Shown: positions 1 to 5,530 of the stretch, piece after piece
Layout of the letters: each line of letters opens with the position of its first letter
Position numbering within the stretch: the stretch's first letter is position 1
Assembly: GCA_023415075.1 (NCBI GenBank)
Contig: JAEZLU010000079.1
Span: forward strand, 1 to 28,349
Length of the DNA: 28,349 nt
Source of the DNA: Bacillota bacterium
GTDB lineage: Bacteria; Bacillota; Negativicutes; Sporomusales; UBA7701
Direction: 5' to 3'
Translations under genes and position numbers: made by a program
Notes under the pieces: generated by a model
Databases searched by the model: none
Seen by the model: only the letters and a program-made list of their open reading frames with translations
Told to the model about the DNA's origin: nothing

Positions 1-2
1 CC

Positions 3-719
3 CCCCTAGAGCTGGCCAGCGCCTATGGCGTCCTGGCCAACGGCGGCGTTAGAGTCGAGCCGACGGCGATAATCCGGGTCGTCGACCGGAGTGGCAAGGT
101 ACTCGAGCAACATCAGCCGCGGGAAAAAGTCGTCGTCAACGAGCGCAGCGCCTACCTGTTGACAGATATGATGCGGGGCGTAATCACTCACGGCACAGGT
201 GCGGCCGCCAATATCGGCCGGCCGGCCGCCGGTAAAACCGGCACCACCAACGACTATAAGGATGCGTGGTTCGTCGGCTTTACACCCGATCTGGCAACCG
301 CCGTCTGGATGGGCTTCGATACCGGCGACTTCCTTAACGGCATAACCGGCGGCGATATTCCCGCTCCAATCTGGCACGATTTCATGACGGCCGCCCTGGC
401 TAAAGTACCGGTCCGCGATTTCGTCCGCCCCGGCGGCATCGTAAGCGCCCCTGTGACCATGCCGCCAAAGGATGGTCAGCCGGGCGACCCCAAAAACAAG
501 GATAAAGAAGTCCGCCAGGAAATTTTCATTGAAGGTACCCAACCAAAAACGACACCGCCGGCGAACGGCCAACCGGCGACCGACGGCGTTCCGGTGCCCC
601 CGGAAAACCAGCCGGTCGGCGGAAAGGCCCTGCCACCGCCACCGGCAAAACCGGAGCAGCCCACGACGCCAGCGGCGCCGTCCACCCCGGCTAAGCCGGC
701 GGCTCCCAAGAAAAACTAA
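3..719 (+). CDS. Class A penicillin-binding protein (PBP1A family), C-terminal part; 5' end lies outside the window
   Basis: Frame is open from position 3 (PLELASAYGVLANGG). Contains transpeptidase motif III AAGKTGTTNDYKDAWFVGFTP and a Pro-rich C-terminal tail. Confidence 0.9.
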   Translation, partial: PLELASAYGVLANGGVRVEPTAIIRVVDRSGKVLEQHQPREKVVVNERSAYLLTDMMRGVITHGTGAAANIGRPAAGKTGTTNDYKDAWFVGFTPDLATAVWMGFDTGDFLNGITGGDIPAPIWHDFMTAALAKVPVRDFVRPGGIVSAPVTMPPKDGQPGDPKNKDKEVRQEIFIEGTQPKTTPPANGQPATDGVPVPPENQPVGGKALPPPPAKPEQPTTPAAPSTPAKPAAPKKN

Positions 720-748
720 CATTGCCGGTATTATTTCTGACGGAAATC

Positions 749-779
749 AAAAACACGCGCATTGGCGCGTGTTTTTTTT
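749..779. terminator. Intrinsic terminator after the PBP gene, probably bidirectional
   Basis: AAAAACACGCGC-ATTG-GCGCGTGTTTTTTTT; A-tract before and T-tract after. Confidence 0.85.
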
Positions 780-883
780 CCGGCCTGCCGCATATAAATT
801 ATTGAACAGTCGCCACCTGCCAGCCCCATTCCCTGCAAACAGCGGGAACACGCGCCGGCGTGTTCCTGTTGAACTAAATATCA

Positions 884-994
884 TCAGATAGAATTTGTAA
901 TATCTTCAAAGAAGAACAGTAGCAGGATAATAATGATGATGACGACAACTATCGCGCCACCGCCGCCGAACCCGCCGCAAAATCCGCGACCCAT
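884..994 (-). CDS. 36 aa single-TM peptide MGRGFCGGFGGGGAIVVVIIIIILLLFFFEDITNSI; YjcZ/SscA-like small sporulation peptide (copy A)
   Basis: Hand-translated. SD GGAAGGAGG upstream of ATG; paralogous to 1139-1240 and 1362-1475; has its own promoter-like site and hairpin. Confidence 0.85.
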   Translation of the reverse strand: MGRGFCGGFGGGGAIVVVIIIIILLLFFFEDITNSI

Positions 995-1047
995 AATTCG
1001 TCCTCCTTCCTCATTGACTGACCTTATCTTTGGGATTCTTTTTAGTC

Positions 1048-1078
1048 TAATATATGGGCCCCGCCGGCCATCTGTTAC
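1048..1078 (-). promoter_or_regulatory. sigmaK-like promoter for copy A
   Basis: GTAACA-16 nt-CATATATTA fits the B. subtilis sigmaK consensus mACm-16-CATAnnnTa. Confidence 0.65.
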
Positions 1079-1138
1079 TGTCGTCCCACTAAAAATTTAA
1101 AGGAACACGCTTATTGCGTGTTCCCGTCTGGCCGGCTG

Positions 1139-1240
1139 CTAAATGCAGGTTGATATATCTTCCTCAAAGAATAGCAGAAGCAGGATGATAATGATAACGA
1201 CCACCACCACCATACTATTCCTACCGCAAAATCCCCCCAT
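1139..1240 (-). CDS. 33 aa single-TM peptide MGGFCGRNSMVVVVVIIIILLLLFFEEDISTCI (copy B)
   Basis: Hand-translated. SD GGAAGGAGG; paralogue of the flanking sORFs. Confidence 0.85.
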   Translation of the reverse strand: MGGFCGRNSMVVVVVIIIILLLLFFEEDISTCI

Positions 1241-1361
1241 AATCTAACCTCCTTCCTCCAGTCTCAGTCTTTTGTCACGCCGCATTACTTCCGTGTCGTC
1301 TGGCTAATGACCCATAAACCGGGAACACGCTATCGGCGTGTTCCGCTCACTAAGTAAGCGT

Positions 1362-1475
1362 TCAGATGGTGCAGGACTCTTCCTCCTCGAAGAATAACAA
1401 GAGCAGGATGATGATAATGATGACGACGACTATCGCGCCGCCGTGGCCGAATCCTCCGCAAAAACCTCTACCCAT
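1362..1475 (-). CDS. 37 aa single-TM peptide MGRGFCGGFGHGGAIVVVIIIIILLLLFFEEEESCTI (copy C)
   Basis: Hand-translated. SD AAGGGGGT; many synonymous codon differences relative to copy A. Confidence 0.85.
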   Translation of the reverse strand: MGRGFCGGFGHGGAIVVVIIIIILLLLFFEEEESCTI

Positions 1476-1564
1476 TCGTTATTACCCCCTTAATGTATCT
1501 TGCTGAGGGCGTTTTGAAAGAGTGTTGTCACCACTATTCAAGTACCGCCCGCCCTTCTACTGTC

Positions 1565-1594
1565 ATCATATGGGCTTGAAATACAAAGTGTTAC
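1565..1594 (-). promoter_or_regulatory. sigmaK-like promoter for copy C (and probably B)
   Basis: GTAACA-16 nt-CATATGAT; same -35 hexamer and spacing as 1048-1078. Confidence 0.6.
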
Positions 1595-1601
1595 CCGGTC
1601 A

Positions 1602-1943
1602 CTAAATTTTAGCCGATCCCGGCTTGATAAGCTGCCTGATCTGCCTTGGAGCGTCGGCAGCCGTCTTTAACGACGTCATAGCATTATCGATAACCCCGGT
1701 TATATTGCGGAGCGCGTCGACGGAAGAGGTCATCGTGTTAAGCCGCCGTTCCATCGGAAAGTTGCCCTGAGCAAGCGACAGCAAGATGACCACGGCCTGA
1801 TAGCCGAAATCGGGGCTGCTGATAACCTGGCGCAAAGCTCTTAAGGGTCTATTCGTGCGTTTGCCAACCGGCTTGGCTTCCTTTACTTCTTCATCCGGAC
1901 CGGCCTCACGGTCTGCTCTTCTCTTGCTCCGTTTGCCGCGCAT
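1602..1943 (-). CDS. Hypothetical protein with a basic N-terminus and a helical C-terminus; possibly sporulation-related
   Basis: ORF 1602..1952; ATG at 1943 has the better SD (GAGAGGGTG); preceded by a sigmaK-like promoter. Confidence 0.7.
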   Translation of the reverse strand: MRGKRSKRRADREAGPDEEVKEAKPVGKRTNRPLRALRQVISSPDFGYQAVVILLSLAQGNFPMERRLNTMTSSVDALRNITGVIDNAMTSLKTAADAPRQIRQLIKPGSAKI

Positions 1944-1974
1944 CTTTTCCACCCTCTCGAAGATTTTTCTAATC

Positions 1975-2005
1975 TAATATATGACGGAGCCGGTCATTCG
2001 GTCCC
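1975..2005 (-). promoter_or_regulatory. sigmaK-like promoter for the 1602-1943 gene
   Basis: GGGACC-16 nt-CATATATTAGA; the -10 region is identical over 11 nt to that of the copy A promoter. Confidence 0.6.
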
Positions 2006-2022
2006 AAAAAAAAGTGTGGACA

Positions 2023-2052
2023 CACACACCACGGCGGACAACGCATAGATTA
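2023..2052 (+). promoter_or_regulatory. sigmaK/sigmaE-like promoter for the ybaB-like operon, back-to-back with 1975-2005
   Basis: CACA-17 nt-CATAGATTA. Confidence 0.5.
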
Positions 2053-2079
2053 GCATAAAACTGCAGGGAGGAAAAAGCT

Positions 2080-2400
2080 GTGTGGGAACAGTTAGGTAAT
2101 GTGATGGACATGGTGAAGAAAGTTCAGCAGCATGTTAGCCAGCGGGAAGAAGAACTGAAAAACGAGCGGATCGAGGTTTCGAGCGGTGATGTCGTAAAGG
2201 TGATCGTCAACGGCCAGCAGACTGTTCTTTTAATCGAGCTTAACCCAAAATACCTGGCTGCCGACAACGCCCCCCTGCTCCAGGACCTACTAGTAGCTTC
2301 GATAAATAGCGCCCTGGCCCAATCCCGGGAAATGCACCAGGCGGCAATGGGCAAGCTGGCGGGCGACCTGAACTTGCCGAATATTCCCGGGCTGTTTTAA
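2080..2400 (+). CDS. YbaB/EbfC family nucleoid-associated protein (paralogue outside the dnaX-recR context)
   Basis: Family pattern: EELKNERIEVSSGDVVKVIVNG...LLQDLLVASINSAL...PGLF; GTG start with SD GGGAGG. Confidence 0.85.
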   Translation: MWEQLGNVMDMVKKVQQHVSQREEELKNERIEVSSGDVVKVIVNGQQTVLLIELNPKYLAADNAPLLQDLLVASINSALAQSREMHQAAMGKLAGDLNLPNIPGLF

Positions 2401-2412
2401 GGAGGATTTGCT

Positions 2413-2979
2413 ATGGCCAACGAACCGGCGGAAAAAAGCGCGCCCCTGATGCAGTCGGTGACCCGGATGCTAGAATCCGCGGTGGAAGGCGGTGGCTATG
2501 ATTCGTTGATCAATGTACTGTCGCTTATTTGCCTTGTGTCCATCCTCAGCCGCGGTCAAGGCGCCGTCCCGGCGCAAGCCACCCCGGTGGCCGGCGGGGT
2601 TTCGCCGCTGCATAAGCTACTCGGCGACCTAGCCAAAGGCGAGGGGGGGCTCGGTCCGGAAACGTTGGTTTCGCTGCTGCCTCTCCTCAACAACCCCCAG
2701 ATAAAGTCAAAACTCAATCCGGCCACCATCGGCGCGGTAATGGGCATGCTCGGCAACATGGGCGATAAGGGCGACAAAGGCGAACCGAAAAGCGAAGCAA
2801 AAGGCGAAAAAGCCGGCGATAAGGGCGAAGAGAAGCACGAAGCCAGGCGGAATCCGCCACCGACCGCCGCCACCGTGACCTCAATCGAGGCGCTGGCGGA
2901 AAAGCCGCAAGCGGCAGAAGGGACTGATGGCGAAAAAAAAGGACTGGGCCGTTACTTGAACTGGAAAAGCACTTTTTAA
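2413..2979 (+). CDS. Hypothetical protein, co-transcribed with the ybaB-like gene
   Basis: 188 aa ORF, SD AAGGAGG, 12 nt after the upstream stop, terminator follows. Confidence 0.8.
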   Translation: MANEPAEKSAPLMQSVTRMLESAVEGGGYDSLINVLSLICLVSILSRGQGAVPAQATPVAGGVSPLHKLLGDLAKGEGGLGPETLVSLLPLLNNPQIKSKLNPATIGAVMGMLGNMGDKGDKGEPKSEAKGEKAGDKGEEKHEARRNPPPTAATVTSIEALAEKPQAAEGTDGEKKGLGRYLNWKSTF

Positions 2980-2991
2980 GAAAAAATAAAC

Positions 2992-3025
2992 AGGCGGGCT
3001 AATTGCCCGCCTATTTTTTATTTTT
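2992..3025 (+). terminator. Intrinsic terminator
   Basis: AGGCGGGC-TAATT-GCCCGCCT followed by ATTTTTTATTTTT. Confidence 0.85.
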
Positions 3026-3092
3026 GGATATATCCATTATGCCGCAAACAGTAAATAGTATCCACTTTTAGGGTTAATATGAAAATTGGATA

Positions 3093-3121
3093 TTTACGAC
3101 GTTTTTTTAGCCATGTATTAT
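3093..3121 (+). promoter_or_regulatory. Putative sigmaA promoter for the aminotransferase
   Basis: TTTACG-17 nt-TATTAT. Confidence 0.5.
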
Positions 3122-3156
3122 TAGGCTAATATCATGGCTTTGAGGGAGGAATCAAC

Positions 3157-4404
3157 ATGGCTGTCGTGTTTGCCGACCGGATGCAGTCCCTGCGGGCTTC
3201 GGAAATCCGCGAAATCCTCAAAATCACTCAGCGGCCGGAGGTTATTTCCTTTGCCGGCGGTCTGCCGGCCCCGGAAGTTTTCCCGGTAGCCGAATTGCAG
3301 CAGGTTATGGCCAGGGTATTGCAGGAGGCCGGCAGCCGGGCGCTGCAATATTCGACCACCGAAGGGCTTGAAGATTTACGCCGCCTTATTACCGCCCGTC
3401 TCGGCAGTAAATTAGCCGTACACGTGGACTTTGACGACATTCTGATAACCCAAGGGTCCCAGCAGGCCCTCGACCTGGCCGGCAGACTGTTCCTGGACAA
3501 GGGGTCCATCGTGCTGTGCGAAAGCCCCACTTATCTGGCGGCCATCAGCGCCTTCAAGGCTTATCAGCCGCAGTTTGTCGAAGTGCCGACAGATGAAGCC
3601 GGCATGGATATCGGCGAGCTCGAGAAAATCCTGCGGACAACTGCCGGGGTCAGGCTGATTTATATCATTCCCGATTTTCAAAACCCCACCGGCCGTACCT
3701 GGTCGCTCGAACGGCGGCGCCAGTTTGCCCGCCTGGTCGGTGAATACGAAATCCCTGTGGTCGAGGATAATGCCTATGGCGAGCTGCGGTTTGAAGGCGA
3801 CCACCTGCCGGCAGTCAAAGCCTCCGATCCTAAAGGTCTGATTACCTTCGTCAGCACTTTTTCCAAGACCATGTGCCCCGGCATGCGCCTCGGCTGGCTG
3901 GCGGCCGCCCCGCAACTGCTGGAAAAGTACGTTCTCCTGAAACAGGGGATGGATCTTCACACCTCTTCCCTGAATCAATGGGCAGTCGCAAAGTTCCTCG
4001 AACTCTACGACTACGACGCCCATATTCAAAAGATCATCCAGATATACAAATCCCGCCGGGACGTGATGATAGCAGCCCTGGAGGAATATTTCCCGCCTGC
4101 AGCCCGTTTTACCCGGCCCCAGGGCGGCCTGTTCACCTGGGTAGAGCTGCCTGGCCAGATAAATGCCGTCGAACTTTTGCGGCAAAGCCTGGCCCTGGAT
4201 GTGGCGTTCGTACCGGGGGATTCCTTCTTCCCCAACGGCGGGGTCACTAATACCCTGCGGCTCAACTATTCAAATATGCCCCCGGAAAGAATCCGCGAGG
4301 GCATCAGGCGGCTGGCCACCGCCATCGATCACTACCCGGGCAGACGCCGGGATCTTGCCGGCTATACTCCGAGTACTTTTCCGCCCAAGTGTCACATTCC
4401 GTAA
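3157..4404 (+). CDS. PLP-dependent class I/II aminotransferase (LysN/ARO8 2-aminoadipate transaminase-like); no N-terminal HTH
   Basis: Motifs ISFAGGLP, ITQGSQQAL, PDFQNPTG, EDNAYGEL, STFSKTMCPGMRLGW (PLP Lys), LRLNYS; SD GGGAGG. Confidence 0.92.
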   Translation: MAVVFADRMQSLRASEIREILKITQRPEVISFAGGLPAPEVFPVAELQQVMARVLQEAGSRALQYSTTEGLEDLRRLITARLGSKLAVHVDFDDILITQGSQQALDLAGRLFLDKGSIVLCESPTYLAAISAFKAYQPQFVEVPTDEAGMDIGELEKILRTTAGVRLIYIIPDFQNPTGRTWSLERRRQFARLVGEYEIPVVEDNAYGELRFEGDHLPAVKASDPKGLITFVSTFSKTMCPGMRLGWLAAAPQLLEKYVLLKQGMDLHTSSLNQWAVAKFLELYDYDAHIQKIIQIYKSRRDVMIAALEEYFPPAARFTRPQGGLFTWVELPGQINAVELLRQSLALDVAFVPGDSFFPNGGVTNTLRLNYSNMPPERIREGIRRLATAIDHYPGRRRDLAGYTPSTFPPKCHIP

Positions 4405-4467
4405 ATTCGACATAAAATAAAGAGGGAATCAGATTACGGTTTACCTCATATGTCTATCCTCCTCTCC

Positions 4468-4493
4468 GCCCAGCCTCGCCGCTGGGCTTTTTT
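4468..4493 (+). terminator. Intrinsic terminator
   Basis: GCCCAGC-CTCGCC-GCTGGGC-TTTTTT. Confidence 0.85.
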
Positions 4494-4528
4494 CCTGTCT
4501 GGCGGCCACAGACCGATAACCCCGGCGG

Positions 4529-4556
4529 CAACTAATCGGAGCGGTCGTCATATTAT
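4529..4556 (+). promoter_or_regulatory. Possible sigmaK/sigmaE-like promoter for the Cys-Pro repeat gene
   Basis: -10 CATATTAT at 4549-4556; CAAC 16 nt upstream (imperfect -35). Confidence 0.45.
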
Positions 4557-4600
4557 GTAATAATTATTAATCAGTTTATTGACGCGAAAGGAAGATTTGA

Positions 4601-4903
4601 ATGGCCGACCTAAGCAAGTTCGCCTGGGAATACCCGGATTTCGTCGACTGGGATGACGAGCGCCAGGGCGCCGCCCTTTGTATACCGAACTGCAACCCGA
4701 GCTGCATACCCCTGTGCATTCCCAACTGCTTCCCCTCCTGCAACCCGAATTGCTCGCCCAACTGTTCACCCTGCTTCCCATCTTGCAATCCGGCCTGCAA
4801 CCCGCGTTGCCGCCCGGGCCAGGGGTGCCGCCCGCGCTGCAGACCGTCACCGGGCTGCCGCCCCTCGCCGAGTTGCCGGCCTTCAGCCTGCCGGCCAAGC
4901 TGA
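4601..4903 (+). CDS. Cys-x-Pro repeat protein (26 aa leader plus 17 CxP units); spore-coat-like protein or RiPP precursor
   Basis: SD GAAAGGAAG; strict CxP periodicity with varied codons; flanked by terminators, so monocistronic. Confidence 0.85.
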   Translation: MADLSKFAWEYPDFVDWDDERQGAALCIPNCNPSCIPLCIPNCFPSCNPNCSPNCSPCFPSCNPACNPRCRPGQGCRPRCRPSPGCRPSPSCRPSACRPS

Positions 4904-4933
4904 CTACTCGAAACATCCTAGCTGGCGACCAGT

Positions 4934-4965
4934 AAAAAAGAGGCATGGATTTTCCATGCCTCTTT
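4934..4965. terminator. Bidirectional terminator between the CxP gene and the DUF2148 gene
   Basis: AAAAAAGAGGCATGGA-TTT-TCCATGCCTCTTT. Confidence 0.85.
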
Positions 4966-4981
4966 CTGGCGTAATTTTCCG

Positions 4982-5512
4982 TCAGCCGCGGTCAAAGAAA
5001 GGACTTTTGCCGGTTACGCTGAGCGGCAGGCCGTAAGCGATTTTGACGTCGTCCTCGAACAGATCGAGATTGAGAGCCGCTCTACCTACCGAGAACATCA
5101 CCCGGTTGTCGGCGTGATGGGCGGCAGCCACGCTGACAGCCGAGCCGATGGCGATACCCAGGTCACCGATGCTCACGGCGCAGTTGCCCTTATTTTTCTC
5201 GCACTCGCCGCAGTTGGCCCAGCCGCAGTACCCGCAAGGGGTCACCCCCAGCGGCTTGACTTTCTGGCCGAAGAGAATGACCATCGTGGCTTTGTCGAGG
5301 CAGTTGGCGTCGCGCTCAAAGAACTGAGCGCCGCTGGTTTTGGCAATTTTCCGCATCTCCTCGGCCAATTGGTCCTTTTCGCGGGCTTTGACGATCATGG
5401 TGACAAGGTTGTCTACGCCCCGCCCTTTCGGGGCCGTGCGGGCCGCCACGCACACGAGGTCGGCAATCTGTTCGACGGCGCGTTCTTCGATTTCCTGACT
5501 TTTGTAAATCAT
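4982..5512 (-). CDS. Ferredoxin-domain-containing protein (DUF2148 family)
   Basis: AARTAPKGRG, FFERDA, CGYCGWANCGEC...C, DLGIAIGSA, DNRVMFSVG, GKSPFFDR. Confidence 0.85.
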   Translation of the reverse strand: MIYKSQEIEERAVEQIADLVCVAARTAPKGRGVDNLVTMIVKAREKDQLAEEMRKIAKTSGAQFFERDANCLDKATMVILFGQKVKPLGVTPCGYCGWANCGECEKNKGNCAVSIGDLGIAIGSAVSVAAAHHADNRVMFSVGRAALNLDLFEDDVKIAYGLPLSVTGKSPFFDRG

Positions 5513-5530
5513 CTCGGCTCCCCCGTTTCC

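Larger units (their letters stand above)
845..1344. repeat. Three copies of a conserved palindrome GGAACACGC-(4-5 nt)-GCGTGTTCC at about 845-867, 1102-1124 and 1322-1344, one downstream of each small minus-strand ORF
   Basis: Read directly. The copy at 1102-1124 is followed on the minus strand by TTTAAATTTTT (terminator-like); the other two have weak U-tracts. Confidence 0.85.

Noticed and set aside
455..719. Pro/Ala-rich PBP tail
   Set aside because: Disordered C-terminal tails are ordinary in class A PBPs.
845..1344. Spaced palindromic repeats as a possible CRISPR array
   Set aside because: Spacing is 220-260 nt, the intervening DNA encodes paralogous peptides, and no cas genes are present.
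884..1475. Tiny hydrophobic peptides as type I toxins
   Set aside because: Tails are acidic rather than cationic, promoters look sporulation-specific and no clear antisense sigmaA unit was seen; less likely but not excluded.
2761..2835. GDKGDKGEP...GEKAGDKGEE as a collagen-like region
   Set aside because: Only three consecutive G-x-x triplets; a low-complexity linker.
3157..4404. Aminotransferase as a MocR regulator or as a maturase for the CxP peptide
   Set aside because: No N-terminal HTH, and a terminator plus separate promoter isolate it from the CxP gene.
4576..4800. Minus-strand Q/G-rich ORF and the alternative plus frames over the CxP gene
   Set aside because: By-products of the 12 nt codon repeat; only 4601-4903 has a good SD and a coherent pattern.
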